Notes: a model not told the origin generated them from the letters alone. Shown: positions 1 through 10,363, numbered from the stretch's first letter. The stretch is 64,000 nucleotides of DNA from Bacillota bacterium (GCA_012735135.1 JAAYHY010000008.1:345-64344), one strand, 5' to 3'. Numbers and translations are program-made.

Positions 1-2
1 CG

Positions 3-257
3 CGTTATGTTACTTTCGCCTTGTTCGGGTGTAACAATACCCCTTTGTTCAGTTACGAGACCAAGGAGATGGACCCCGAAGCCAAACAGGCTTATATCGG
101 CTATGTGGCGCAGGAGACCACCGGCGGGTTTTCCCGGTTGATCAAAGACTATCTCCAAGTGCTGGATGCCTATGGGTTCCGGTTAACCGCCGAGGTGGAC
201 GCCTTCCGCCGACAGGCGATGGATGCTTGGGAAAAAAGCCCTCAACCGCCGAAATAA
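3..257 (+). CDS. 3' end of an unidentified protein-coding gene (start lies upstream of the window)
   Basis: The frame is open from nt 3 to TAA at 255-257 and is followed by a hairpin plus T-run. No family was recognised from the C-terminal residues. Confidence 0.4.
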   Translation, partial: RYVTFALFGCNNTPLFSYETKEMDPEAKQAYIGYVAQETTGGFSRLIKDYLQVLDAYGFRLTAEVDAFRRQAMDAWEKSPQPPK

Positions 258-273
258 AACGGCGGTTTTTTTT
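246..273 (+). terminator. Rho-independent terminator
   Basis: CCGCCG (246-251) pairs with CGGCGG (260-265), followed by T8 (266-273). It overlaps the stop codon of the upstream ORF. Confidence 0.6.
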
Positions 274-351
274 GGGCGCTGCGGGTGACTGGGGACCACG
301 GAGCGGGTTGCCCCTTGGATCAAGGGATACACAGTTGAAACCAAAATTTAT

Positions 352-379
352 TTGACTGGAATTGGTTATTGTGTATAAT
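352..379 (+). promoter_or_regulatory. Candidate sigma-A promoter for pdxS
   Basis: TTGACT (352-357), a 16-nt spacer, then TATAAT (374-379) preceded by TG. Confidence 0.4.
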
Positions 380-499
380 AAAGCTATGCCCAAAAATGTA
401 GCGTTTAACCAAGACTATATATTGGGAGTAAACCGGTGACCAAGGGAGAATGGTAAAATAAAAGCAATGGAAGAAGTTGAAGCTAAGGAGGTGTTCCTT

Positions 500-1384
500 A
501 TGGTGGAAAAAGCTTTTACAGTGAAAAGAGATGATTTAACTGAATCACTGAAAGGCGGAGTGATCATGGACGTGACCACTCCAGAGCAGGCGAAGATAGC
601 CGAGGGTGCCGGGGCTGTAGCTGTGATGGCGCTGGAGAGAGTGCCCGCTGATATCCGCGCGGAGGGTGGGGTAGCCCGGATGTCCGATCCGGAGGTGATT
701 CTTCGGATTAGGGAAGCGGTCTCCATCCCTGTGATGGCGAAGGTGCGGATCGGCCATTTTGTCGAGGCCCAAATTCTGGAGGCGCTGGGGATCGATTATA
801 TTGACGAAAGTGAAGTTTTAACCCCGGCGGATGACCGGTATCATATCGATAAAACTAAGTTTAAAACCCCCTTTGTTTGCGGCGCCCGGAACCTTGGGGA
901 AGCCTTGCGCCGGATTAGTGAAGGGGCGGCGATGATCAGGACCAAAGGAGAGGCCGGAACCGGTGATATTGTAGAAGCAGTGAAACATATGCGGACAGTA
1001 AACGAAGAGATCGAAGCTTTAAAAAAGGCTGCTGACGAAGAATTGCCTGAGTTGGCGGCTAAAATGCGGGTACCGGTCGAGCTGGTCATGGAGACCCGCA
1101 GGCTGGGACGGCTCCCGGTGGCCAATTTTGCGGCCGGTGGGATTGCCATTCCGGCGGATGCGGCCTTAATGATGCAGTTAGGATGTGACGGTGTTTTTGT
1201 CGGTTCCGGGATCTTCAAATCGGAAAATCCAGCGGCGCGGGCGAAAGCCATTGTGGAAGCAGCCACCCATTACCGTGATGCCCAAGTGTTAGCCAAGGTC
1301 TCCCGTGGTTTGGGCGAGGCCATGCGCGGCCTTGCGGTGGCCAGCTTACAGACGGAAGAGCGGATGGCCGGCCGGGGCTGGTAA
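500..1384 (+). CDS. pdxS: Pyridoxal 5'-phosphate synthase lyase subunit PdxS
   Basis: Full-length match to the PdxS/SNZ pattern ([37 protein letters not shown]). I prefer ATG 500, which has AAGGAGG 8 nt upstream, over the track start at 467. Confidence 0.95.
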   Translation: MVEKAFTVKRDDLTESLKGGVIMDVTTPEQAKIAEGAGAVAVMALERVPADIRAEGGVARMSDPEVILRIREAVSIPVMAKVRIGHFVEAQILEALGIDYIDESEVLTPADDRYHIDKTKFKTPFVCGARNLGEALRRISEGAAMIRTKGEAGTGDIVEAVKHMRTVNEEIEALKKAADEELPELAAKMRVPVELVMETRRLGRLPVANFAAGGIAIPADAALMMQLGCDGVFVGSGIFKSENPAARAKAIVEAATHYRDAQVLAKVSRGLGEAMRGLAVASLQTEERMAGRGW

Positions 1385-1463
1385 GGACAGGCCTCTGAAA
1401 GATGTAGCCGGTAGATTGTCATTAGATGGGAAGTTACTTAATCATCTTTGTTAGGTCTGAAGG

Positions 1464-1506
1464 AATTGCGTTATTACCATAGAGAGTAATAACGCAATTT
1501 TTTTAC
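1464..1506 (+). terminator. Rho-independent terminator after pdxS
   Basis: A 14-bp perfect stem, AATTGCGTTATTAC / GTAATAACGCAATT, followed by a T-run. Confidence 0.8.
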
Positions 1507-1779
1507 TTTTTTATCCTTTGGGTCACACAGCCGGGAGCCGGCTCATTTACAACCTGGATAAGCTCGCAATCAATAAGTTACGCATTTAATTGACAGCAAA
1601 TCCTAATAGTTTAAAGTGTAACTTTACGAAAAATGTAATCAAAAAGAAATGGACAAAAGGGTCTTTTTCCGGCGCCGCCTCTCATGTGGATGGGATCTTA
1701 TATATTTATAGAGGATTCTTACTGTTGGTATAAAATAGTTACTATAAAATACGTAAACAGTAAGGGAAAGGAGATGCTC

Positions 1780-3198
1780 ATGATGAAAAAATTCCGTGTG
1801 AATCCTTACCTTCCGTCCTGGGAATATATTCCCGATGGGGAACCTTATGTCTTTAATAACCGAGTCTATGTGTACGGCTCCCATGACCGCTTTAACGGGC
1901 ACGCCTTTTGCTTAAATGATTATGTGTGCTGGTCGGCGCCGGTTGATGATCTGGGGAACTGGCGTTATGAAGGGGTGATTTATCGAAAAACCGATGATCC
2001 GCTCAATCCGGATGGCAGTATGTGTCTATATGCCCCTGATGTTACCGTCGGACCGGACGGGAGGTATTATTTATATTATGTGCTCGATAAGGTCTCCGTT
2101 GTTTCCGTGGCGGTTTGCGACCGGCCGGCCGGGAAATATGAATTTTACGGTTATGTCCATTATCCGGACGGGACCCGCCTGGGGGAAAGGGAGGGGGACC
2201 AACCCCAGTTTGATCCGGCGGTCCTGACCGAAGGGGAAAAAACCTACCTGTATACGGGTTTCTGCGAGAGAGGTGACCGGTCAAGGAAAGGCGCCATGGC
2301 GACCGTGTTGGGTCAGGATATGCTTACGGTGGTTGAAGAACCGGTGATTGTCGCTCCCAGTGAGCCGTACAGCCAGGGAACTGGTTTTGAAGGCCATGAA
2401 TTTTATGAGGCGCCTTCAATCCGGAAGAAAGGAGATACATATTATTTTATTTATTCTTCCATTGTTATGCATGAATTATGTTACGCGACCAGTCTGGAGC
2501 CGACCCGGGGCTTTCAGTACCGGGGGGTGATTGTGAGCAATTGTGATCTGCATATCGATTCATACAAACCCGCCGCCAAGCCCATGTATTACGGGGGCAA
2601 CAATCATGGCAGCATTGTTGAGATCAATGGCGAATGGTACGTCTTTTATCACCGGCATACCAACGGGACTGCTTTTAGCAGACAGGGTTGTCTGGAAAAA
2701 ATTAAATTTATGGAAGATGGGAGAATTCCTCAGGTGGAGATGACGTCCTGTGGCTCTGTTGAGGAGCCTTTGCCAGGAAAGGGAGAATACCCTGCTTACC
2801 TGGCCTGTAATCTGTTCTGTAAAGATGAATCCATTTACACCGATTGGACCGGATCGTGGATGAACAACCAGTTCCCCAAGATTACCCAGGATGGTAAAGA
2901 TGGCGATGAGGAGATCGGCTATATTGCCAATATGAAGGATTCGGCGACCGCCGGTTTTAAATATTTTGATTGTCGAGGGGTAAAGAAAATAAAGATAAAG
3001 GTACGTGGCTATTGTGCCGGCGAATTTGAGGTCAAAACAGCCTGGGATGGCGAGGCCTTAGGCCGGATCAAAGTGGAATTCTCCAATATATGGAAGGAAT
3101 ATGCGGCGGAAATTGCCATTCCCGATGGCGTACAGGCTCTGTATTTTACCTACCGGGGCAATGGCAGTGCCAGTCTGGCCTCTTTTACCCTGGAATAA
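1780..3198 (+). CDS. Glycoside hydrolase family 43 protein (xylosidase/arabinofuranosidase-like) with a C-terminal CBM6-like beta-sandwich
   Basis: GH43 five-bladed propeller hallmarks (NPYLP.W.YIPDGEP.VF..RVYVYGSHD, YAPDV, EAPS.RK). The C-terminus, FKYFD...YFTYRG, is typical of CBM6/35. Start chosen after the GGAAAGGAG SD; the track start at 1684 is probably too long. Confidence 0.85.
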   Translation: MMKKFRVNPYLPSWEYIPDGEPYVFNNRVYVYGSHDRFNGHAFCLNDYVCWSAPVDDLGNWRYEGVIYRKTDDPLNPDGSMCLYAPDVTVGPDGRYYLYYVLDKVSVVSVAVCDRPAGKYEFYGYVHYPDGTRLGEREGDQPQFDPAVLTEGEKTYLYTGFCERGDRSRKGAMATVLGQDMLTVVEEPVIVAPSEPYSQGTGFEGHEFYEAPSIRKKGDTYYFIYSSIVMHELCYATSLEPTRGFQYRGVIVSNCDLHIDSYKPAAKPMYYGGNNHGSIVEINGEWYVFYHRHTNGTAFSRQGCLEKIKFMEDGRIPQVEMTSCGSVEEPLPGKGEYPAYLACNLFCKDESIYTDWTGSWMNNQFPKITQDGKDGDEEIGYIANMKDSATAGFKYFDCRGVKKIKIKVRGYCAGEFEVKTAWDGEALGRIKVEFSNIWKEYAAEIAIPDGVQALYFTYRGNGSASLASFTLE

Positions 3199-3251
3199 TC
3201 TTGGCAAAGGCCAGTTTTTCCGTCTTTTGATGGTTGTGAAGGAGGCAAGCG

Positions 3252-4844
3252 ATGACAACGGGCAGGAATGCACAGAACCCGATTATCTGGGCGGATGTTC
3301 CTGATCCCAGTGTGATCCGGGTCGGGGATACCTATTATATGACCAGTACCACCATGCATATGAATCCCGGTGTTCCGATTATGAAATCAAAGGACTTGGT
3401 TAATTGGGAAATTGTCAATTATGTCTATGATGTGCTGGGTGGGGATGAACGGCAGCGGCTCATAAATGGCCGGAACGAGTATGGGCTCGGCTCCTGGGCG
3501 AGCAGTTTACGGTATCATCATGGCTTTTATTATGTGGCTTTTAGTTCCCAGACCGCCGGTAAAACTTTTATCTTTCAAACTCCTGATCTGGAAAAGGGGC
3601 CGTGGGAAAAGTCTACAATAGACTTCACCCATGATATGTCCTTATTATTTGATGATGACGGGCGGGTCTATCTGGTTTACGGCAGTGGCGACATTAAGCT
3701 GCTTGAGTTAACGGAGGAGGCAAGAGCGGTTAAACCTGGTGGTTTAAATCAAGTAATCATCCCGGACGCCAGCGCCATTGCCGGGCCGGATATTGCCCTG
3801 CCGGCGGAAGGCGCCCATATCCATAAGATTGACGGGAAGTATTACATCTTTTTGATTGTTTGGCCCCGGGGCGGAATGCGGACCCAGTTATGCTATCGCG
3901 CCGATCGGATTACCGGCCCCTATGAAGGCCGGGTTGTTCTGCAGGATGCCGGCATTGCCCAGGGTGGTCTGGTTGATACACCAGATGGCCGGTGGTATGC
4001 TCTGCTCTTTGGGGATCGGGGGGCAGTAGGCAGAATCCCTTATTTAGTACCGGTTAGCTGGGAAGCGGGTTGGCCGGTTTTTGGGATTGACGGCAGAGTT
4101 CCCCGGGACACCGGGATCTGCGCGGAGGCAAAACTTAAAATTGTCGCCTCGGATGAGTTTGAACCGGGGAAGGAGAGAACCGGCGCTTATTATCCGACAA
4201 GAGAAGAACGGAAAGAAAATGATGGCAATGGCTCAAATCTGGCTTTAGTGTGGCAGTGGAACCACAATCCGGATCATGATCATTGGTCGCTGACGGAGCG
4301 TCCTGGTTATTTGCGGCTGCGAACCGGTCAGATTTGCACAGGTATTTTGGAGGCCCGGAACACCCTGACGCAGCGGACTTTCGGTCCGGAGTGTTCTGCG
4401 GTTGTCGCAGTTGAAGCAGGTCAGATGGAGGATGGGGATTATGCGGGTTTGGCCGTTCTGCAGAAACACTATGGATTGGTGGGCATCAAAAAGGCCGGGT
4501 TGGCCAAGGCGATCGTGATGATTGACGGGACGGCCGAAGGAGCGGTGGAAGTGGACAGTGTTGAGCTGCCTCATGATCGCGTTTACTTTAAAATCGAATG
4601 TGACTTTAAAGAAGAAAAAGATCGAGCTTATTTCTATTACAGTCTTGATGGCCGTGCGTGGAAAACCATTGGTCATCCGGTGAAAATGAGATACACTATT
4701 CCCCATTTTATGGGTTACCGGTTTGCGTTGTTTAATTATGCCACGAAAAAGATTGGGGGATATGTTGACTTTGATTATTTCCGGATCGGGGATCGGATGA
4801 CTGGAACAGAACAGCCGGTAAAAAAGCTAAAGGGGGCGAATTGA
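3252..4844 (+). CDS. Glycoside hydrolase family 43 beta-xylosidase/alpha-L-arabinofuranosidase with a C-terminal beta-sandwich domain
   Basis: NPIIWADVPDPSVIRVGDTYYMTSTT, EGAHIHKIDGKYYIF and a C-terminal concanavalin-like domain (YAGLAV.., DYFRI). Confidence 0.9.
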   Translation: MTTGRNAQNPIIWADVPDPSVIRVGDTYYMTSTTMHMNPGVPIMKSKDLVNWEIVNYVYDVLGGDERQRLINGRNEYGLGSWASSLRYHHGFYYVAFSSQTAGKTFIFQTPDLEKGPWEKSTIDFTHDMSLLFDDDGRVYLVYGSGDIKLLELTEEARAVKPGGLNQVIIPDASAIAGPDIALPAEGAHIHKIDGKYYIFLIVWPRGGMRTQLCYRADRITGPYEGRVVLQDAGIAQGGLVDTPDGRWYALLFGDRGAVGRIPYLVPVSWEAGWPVFGIDGRVPRDTGICAEAKLKIVASDEFEPGKERTGAYYPTREERKENDGNGSNLALVWQWNHNPDHDHWSLTERPGYLRLRTGQICTGILEARNTLTQRTFGPECSAVVAVEAGQMEDGDYAGLAVLQKHYGLVGIKKAGLAKAIVMIDGTAEGAVEVDSVELPHDRVYFKIECDFKEEKDRAYFYYSLDGRAWKTIGHPVKMRYTIPHFMGYRFALFNYATKKIGGYVDFDYFRIGDRMTGTEQPVKKLKGAN

Positions 4845-5920
4845 TGGACAAGATCCAAATTACTTCGGTGCCCGAGGAATACCAAAAAGCAGCTCCGGAG
4901 GGAATGCGGGGCAGGATTGTAGAACTTTCTTATCCTGTGCGGAACTATATTAACCGGTCACGGCAGCTGGTGACAGATCGGTTGATCAGCAGTGAGGAAG
5001 CGGGAAGAGAAACAGTACCGGGCGAGGCCATCGTAAAAAAAGTCAATCTTTATTTACCTCCCGGCTATGATGAAAAGGATAAGGATAAAAAATATAATCT
5101 CCTCTATCTCCTCCATGGCGTGGGCGGAAACCGCTTTGAATGGCTGTATGGCAGCGGCCGGGTTGACGGCAACTTTGTCATCGCCAATCTATTTGACAAC
5201 CTTATTTTAAATGGAGATCTTGAGCCATTGATTGTGGTTTTCCCGGAGGGAAGAAGCGCCGAGGATTGGGAGAATACTGCCTTTACGCCTGACGAAACAA
5301 ACCTCTTAGGCTTTTATTATTTCGATTATGAGCTGCGCTATGACCTCATTCCCTTTATTGAAGCTAATTTTAATACTTACGCGAATATAGAGGACAAATC
5401 AGCAGAAGCCATGGCGGTTAGCCGGAAGCACAGGGCCATTGCCGGCCTTTCCATGGGCGGGATGCAAGCTTTGAATTTAACATTGGGTGGTTACCGGTAT
5501 GATTCCATCAAATATACGAAGACAACAAGTGTGTTTGGGAATGGACTCGACAAGACGGTTAAAACCCCGGGGATGCTGGATTTATTTACTTTTGTCGGCG
5601 CCTTTTCCAATGCTCCCACGTCCAGCGATGGCAAGACGCTTGGCGTTGGTATCGCCTCGAGTAACCATGGACTCGATCTCCTCTATCTCACCTGTGGGGA
5701 TGCGGATGAAATTTCTTTCCAGAGCGGCTATGCCAGGGCGATTGATGGTCTGAGCGAAGCGGCCGGAGACATGCTTGCCCACTGTTACCAGGTGGTTGTC
5801 GCCGGTGGTGTTCATGACTTCGGCGTATGGAATAACGGCGCCTACAATTTTGCCAGGCTTGCCTTTGGAAAACTGGAGACATGCTCGTCGCCACAAGTGG
5901 TGAAGATAGAGATTCGGTGA
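4844..5920 (+). CDS. Esterase (putative esterase/CE1-like, feruloyl or acetylxylan esterase type)
   Basis: LYLLHGVGGN..W and the GLSMGG nucleophile elbow. ATG 4844 overlaps the GH43 stop (TGATG). The context is two GH43 genes. Confidence 0.75.
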   Translation: MDKIQITSVPEEYQKAAPEGMRGRIVELSYPVRNYINRSRQLVTDRLISSEEAGRETVPGEAIVKKVNLYLPPGYDEKDKDKKYNLLYLLHGVGGNRFEWLYGSGRVDGNFVIANLFDNLILNGDLEPLIVVFPEGRSAEDWENTAFTPDETNLLGFYYFDYELRYDLIPFIEANFNTYANIEDKSAEAMAVSRKHRAIAGLSMGGMQALNLTLGGYRYDSIKYTKTTSVFGNGLDKTVKTPGMLDLFTFVGAFSNAPTSSDGKTLGVGIASSNHGLDLLYLTCGDADEISFQSGYARAIDGLSEAAGDMLAHCYQVVVAGGVHDFGVWNNGAYNFARLAFGKLETCSSPQVVKIEIR

Positions 5921-6036
5921 TTGTCGGCGTGTTGATCAAGGGGGAAGGGACAGCCGGGAAGTGTTCTCCGGGTGAGGGTTTGTGGATCGAGATCGCACGA
6001 TCATAGTTGAAAAAAATAGAGTAGGGAGGATGAACT

Positions 6037-7566
6037 ATGCTTCGAGAAGTGCGTGTTGAAAACGGCGTTGTACGGGGATTACCGGCGGCGGATCCACGGA
6101 TTACGAGTTTCAAAGGGATTCCCTTTGCCGCACCCCCCGTTGGCAAGAATCGCTGGCGCGCGCCCCAACCGGCGGCGGATTGGGACGGCGTCCTGGAAGC
6201 ATTTCAGTTTGCGCCGATCGCGATGCAAGCCAAACCGGGGTTGGATAAGGATAATATCTATAGCCGGGAATGGCATGTCGATCCCGAGGTGCCCATGGGT
6301 GAAGACTGTCTTTACCTTAATGTCTGGACACCGGCCACCAGTCCGGACGAAAGACTCCCGGTTTTTGTTTGGTACTTCGGTGGCGGGCTGCAGGTCGGTT
6401 ATCCTTCGGAAATGGAGTTTGATGGCGAACGGATTGCGCGCCGCGGGGTAGTTGTTGTCACGATCAACTACCGGGTGAATGTATTTGGTTTCCTTTGTCA
6501 TCCGGAGATTACCCGGGAAGCGCCGGAGGCGCCTGGGAATTTTGGCCATCTTGATCAAAAATTCGCCACGGAGTGGGTACGACGGAATATCGCCGCCTTT
6601 GGTGGCGATCCGGATAAGATTACCATCGGTGGACAATCGGCGGGCGGCGGGAGTGTCCTGGCGCAGTTGACTTCGCCACAGAATCAAGGGTTGTGTCACC
6701 GGGCGATCATTCAGAGCGGAATCATCGCACCAGTGTACCCTGATAATCCGCTGCCGCCACGCGGACAGGCGCTGGCCGAGGCGGAAAAGGACGGTGTGCG
6801 GTTTTTTGAGGCGCTGGGGGTATCTTCGCTAGAGGAGGCCCGGGCGTTAGATGCAGAATATGTCATGGCCAAGGCCCTCGAGTATGGGGGTTTTTGGGGC
6901 ACGGTGATTGACGGTAAATTCTGTGTCGGTAACCCCTTCGAGCTGTTCTTGGATCACAAACGTTTGTCCGTGCCGGTGCTCATGGGTCATACCTCGTCCG
7001 AGTTCTTCCACCGGCCGCAGGTGGAGACGGAAGATCAATTGCAGGATCTGGCGGTTAAGATGTTTGGCGAGGATGCCGGCGAGTTTCTGGCGCTCTGTCA
7101 GTCTCGGGCGGGGAGGATTGATGAAGTATTGGACCGGGCCGCGGTCAACAGTATAGAATATGCGATTCATCTTGCCGGTAAGGTCCATGATCCTAGTGTC
7201 AATCCCCCGTTGTATTATTATGTCTTTGATGCGGAAATCCCCGGATGGGATAATCCCGGCACCTTCCATTCGGTGGATCTCTGGTTCTTTTTCGAGACTT
7301 TGGCCAAGTGTTGGCGGCCGTTTGTAGGTAAACACTATGATCTGGCCCGGCAGATGTGTAACTATTGGGCTAATTTCATCAAGACCGGCGATCCCAATGG
7401 CCAAGATGCGACCGGAGAAGAGATGCCCCGGTGGTATCCATATACTCCGGAGGAACCCTATGCCATGGTCTTTCGTGACCGGCCGGAGTTTATCAGAGAA
7501 AAACCCAGCGCCCTTCTCCAATTCCTTGTGGAGCAATACTTCAAGAAAGCGCAGAAGACCTTGTAA
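6037..7566 (+). CDS. Carboxylesterase type B (para-nitrobenzyl esterase-like)
   Basis: G.PFA.PP.G..RW..P, EDCLYLNVW and the GQSAGG serine motif. 509 aa. Confidence 0.9.
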   Translation: MLREVRVENGVVRGLPAADPRITSFKGIPFAAPPVGKNRWRAPQPAADWDGVLEAFQFAPIAMQAKPGLDKDNIYSREWHVDPEVPMGEDCLYLNVWTPATSPDERLPVFVWYFGGGLQVGYPSEMEFDGERIARRGVVVVTINYRVNVFGFLCHPEITREAPEAPGNFGHLDQKFATEWVRRNIAAFGGDPDKITIGGQSAGGGSVLAQLTSPQNQGLCHRAIIQSGIIAPVYPDNPLPPRGQALAEAEKDGVRFFEALGVSSLEEARALDAEYVMAKALEYGGFWGTVIDGKFCVGNPFELFLDHKRLSVPVLMGHTSSEFFHRPQVETEDQLQDLAVKMFGEDAGEFLALCQSRAGRIDEVLDRAAVNSIEYAIHLAGKVHDPSVNPPLYYYVFDAEIPGWDNPGTFHSVDLWFFFETLAKCWRPFVGKHYDLARQMCNYWANFIKTGDPNGQDATGEEMPRWYPYTPEEPYAMVFRDRPEFIREKPSALLQFLVEQYFKKAQKTL

Positions 7567-7674
7567 CCGTTGGGACGACGGCCTTTTTTGGAGAACCAAC
7601 CGGTTCCTTTGCGTAAGGGAGGCAGTGTTTCGGGGAGCAACGCCAAAGGATGATGAAGAGCAAGGGGGGTTAGT

Positions 7675-8594
7675 GTGACCGGAAGGATTACTTTAACCAA
7701 GGACCAAGCCCGCCGGTTTATCCTTCTAAAGCATGGGTTGCTTGGTGACTATCAATTTGCCGGGAAGCAGGGTGTGGTCGCTTTTATCCGTCAGGCCGGC
7801 TGTATCCAATTTGATCCGGTTGATGTCTGCGGAAAAAACGCCGAACTTGTCCTCCACTCAAGGGTTAAAGGTTTCACCAAAGAGCTGCTGTATTCCTTAT
7901 TGTATGAGGAACGGGCTCTCCTCGATTATTTCGATAAAAACCTGTCAATCATCGCAACCGCGGACTGGCCTTATTTCAACTGCTTAAGACACCGGAACCG
8001 TACCCCGATGAGTTTGATCACCAAAAATGGCGGGTGTTACGGCGGATCGGCGGGGTAGGGCTCTTGTGGAATAAACCCTCCGATGCCTGGTTGAACATTT
8101 GGGGTTTAAAAGCAGCCCAGCGTAATGAGATCTTCCGGCAATTGATTGACGAAAGGAAGATCTTGGAACTAACGGTTGTTGGGATTAAAGACAAGCTTTA
8201 TTGTCTGGCGACCGACCGGGGCTTACTGGATACCGTTTTACAGGAGAACAAGTTTAAAGCCCGTTGTGAATTCCTTGCTCCCCTCGACAATATGCTTTGG
8301 GATCGCCGCCTGATTAAAGCCTTATTTGATTTCGACTATAAATGGGAGATCTATACACCGGCGGCTCAGCGACGGTACGGCTATTATGTTCTCCCGCTCC
8401 TCTATGGTGAGCGCTTAATTGGTCGCGTTGAACCGGTATGTGACCGCAAAGCGGCGAGCTTGAACGTGAAAGGGATCTGGTATGAGGAAGGGGTCAAACC
8501 AACCAAGCAATTGAAAACCGCCGTTTATCGGCGCTTGCAGAAATTGGCCGCCTTTAATAACTGTAAAGAGGTAATCCTGCCGGCAGGATTCTGA
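7675..8594 (+). pseudogene. YcaQ-like winged-helix (DNA glycosylase family) gene interrupted by a frameshift
   Basis: The N-terminal ORF 7675-8058 (..FIRQAGCIQFDPVDVCG.N..LVLHSRV..) and the C-terminal ORF 8034-8594 (..APLDNMLWDRRL...FDFDY.WEIYTPAAQRRYGYYVLPLL.GERLIGRV) belong to one family but lie in different frames. The frame switch is around 7975-8000. Confidence 0.7.
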
Positions 8595-8804
8595 ATCCTG
8601 GTGGCTGGTTTAGTATGGGTGGACCTCGTTAAATGTTGGCTTCTGATTTAGTGCAGATTGGGATTAAATTGGTGCGCTTGGAGGGGTAAAGGTATTGGGG
8701 CGATGGCCGTCAAGGGAGCTAGTATGGAAATTGATCGTGTTTCTCCAATGGCTATAAGGGCTGAATGTTTTTCGGCATATTTTGAAAGGAAGGAAAGGGT
8801 TATC

Positions 8805-9731
8805 ATGATAAATCCAGACCAGGAACATTATATTGATCTGCATATGCACTCTTTATACAGTGTTGACGGGGAACTGACGCCTACGCAATTAGTGGACCGT
8901 TGCCGGCAGGCCGGCATCCGAATAATGGCCGTTACCGATCATAATTCAGTGAAAGCTAATTTCGAAGCAGGGACCGCGGCCGCCCAAGCGGGAATTCACT
9001 ATGTTCCCGGGATTGAGATTGATTGTCGTTTTAAAGGACGCAACCTCCATCTGCTCGGGTATGGAATTGCGGTGGATAGTCCGGATTTTCTTGCGCTTGA
9101 AGAACGGTTTATTGAGCAGAACATTGCCGCTTCCCGGGAGCGTTTAAAGCGCATCCGGGAACTGGGGTTTGAACTTGCCGAAGAGGAACTGGAGGCCGTG
9201 GCCGGGGAGGGACACCGGCCACAGATTTGGACGGGGGAGATGTTTGCCGAAGTATTGCTGGCCAAACCGGAATATTCCGGGCACGAGCTGCTCAAGCCCT
9301 ACCGCCCGGGGGGCGCGCGGAGTGATAATCCTTATACCAATTTTTACTGGGATTATTGCGCCCAGGGGAAACCGGCCTATGTCGAAGTGGAATTGCCCAG
9401 CCTGGAACAGGCAATTGCCATTATTCATAAAAACGGCGGCAAGGCGGTTTTAGCCCATCCCGGGATCAGTCTGGCCGGAAATCTCGGACTTCTCCAGGAG
9501 ATCCTTCCCTTGGGCCTGGACGGGGTGGAGGCCGGCAGCAGTTATCATAACGCACAAACCACTTTGGAAATCTACCGGTGGGCAGAGGAGAATAAAATCC
9601 TGGTCACCGGGGGCAGCGATTACCACGGGAAAAACAAACCTGCGATCAAGCTTGGCGGGTATCGTCGCGTGCTGGCGGAAGTAGAGATGGAACAGGATTT
9701 ACAGGAAGCAGGGTTGTTGCCCAAAAGGTAA
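8805..9731 (+). CDS. PHP-domain metal-dependent phosphoesterase
   Basis: IDLHMHS.YS.DG, MAVTDHN, AHPG and GGSDYHG motifs. ATG 8805 is preceded by GGAAGGAAAGG. Confidence 0.8.
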   Translation: MINPDQEHYIDLHMHSLYSVDGELTPTQLVDRCRQAGIRIMAVTDHNSVKANFEAGTAAAQAGIHYVPGIEIDCRFKGRNLHLLGYGIAVDSPDFLALEERFIEQNIAASRERLKRIRELGFELAEEELEAVAGEGHRPQIWTGEMFAEVLLAKPEYSGHELLKPYRPGGARSDNPYTNFYWDYCAQGKPAYVEVELPSLEQAIAIIHKNGGKAVLAHPGISLAGNLGLLQEILPLGLDGVEAGSSYHNAQTTLEIYRWAEENKILVTGGSDYHGKNKPAIKLGGYRRVLAEVEMEQDLQEAGLLPKR

Positions 9732-9811
9732 GAAGAGAAGGGAGGAGGAGTTGCTTTTTGGGGACAAGTCCTTCTCCCTTTATCTTATCTAGCTCAGGTT
9801 AGATTACCGGG

Positions 9812-10363
9812 TTACTGCGGATTATACATCCCCATGCTTTGCATGTAGTTGAAAATGGCTTCCCCGTGTTGTTGTTCTTCCGTTTGGATGTGGTTCAGCA
9901 CTTGGCGGATTTGGGGATCGCGGAACTCAAAAATGGCCGTGTCGTAGGTGCCGGAGACGTATTTCTCCGTCATCAGCATGTCGTTACAGAGGTTTTGGTC
10001 CGGCGCGTGGCCGGGGGTGAGCGTGTTGTCCAGTTGAAACTGGGGAGTCTGGGCCTGCTGCCTTTGCGGCTGGGCCTGGTTTTGCTGCATTTGGGGCATG
10101 GATCTTCCTTGTTGTTGCTGGGCACTTTGCGCCATGTTGCCCCCCTGCTGGTTTTGGTTCAGGTTCGGCATTTGCCCGTTCAAAAGCTGGTTGATGGTAT
10201 TCAGGTGTTCTTGTTCCTTCTGGCCAAGCTGGGAAAAGAGATCTCTCAGTTGTTGATCCGAGGCTTGATTCGCGTAATCGGCATACTTTTGGACACAGAT
10301 CTCTTCATGGTTTTTTTGGTCCTGCAGTAAAGAGCGTTCTTTTGTCGTGAGATTCAGGTTCAT
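9812..10363 (-). CDS. Spore coat protein, CotF family, with an internal Gln-rich linker
   Basis: Two Coat_F-like halves (LLQDQKNHEEICVQKYADYANQ..., LCNDMLMTEKYVSGTYDTAIFEF..P.IRQVL..I) flank a Q/N/P low-complexity tract. ATG 10363 has a GGAGGTG SD. Confidence 0.8.
   Translation of the reverse strand: MNLNLTTKERSLLQDQKNHEEICVQKYADYANQASDQQLRDLFSQLGQKEQEHLNTINQLLNGQMPNLNQNQQGGNMAQSAQQQQGRSMPQMQQNQAQPQRQQAQTPQFQLDNTLTPGHAPDQNLCNDMLMTEKYVSGTYDTAIFEFRDPQIRQVLNHIQTEEQQHGEAIFNYMQSMGMYNPQ

Noticed and set aside
6079-7599. Long minus-strand ORFs (6079-6699 at 206 aa, 6847-7599 at 250 aa) antisense to the carboxylesterase gene. Similar antisense ORFs occur at 20274-20846, 25138-25626, 38954-39493, 41771-42277, 48307-48765 and 34304-34858.
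   Set aside because: Each lies entirely opposite a confidently identified gene. They have Arg/Pro/Ser/Gly-rich or otherwise implausible composition, no SD and no recognisable motifs. They look like typical mirror-frame artefacts of moderately GC-rich coding DNA.
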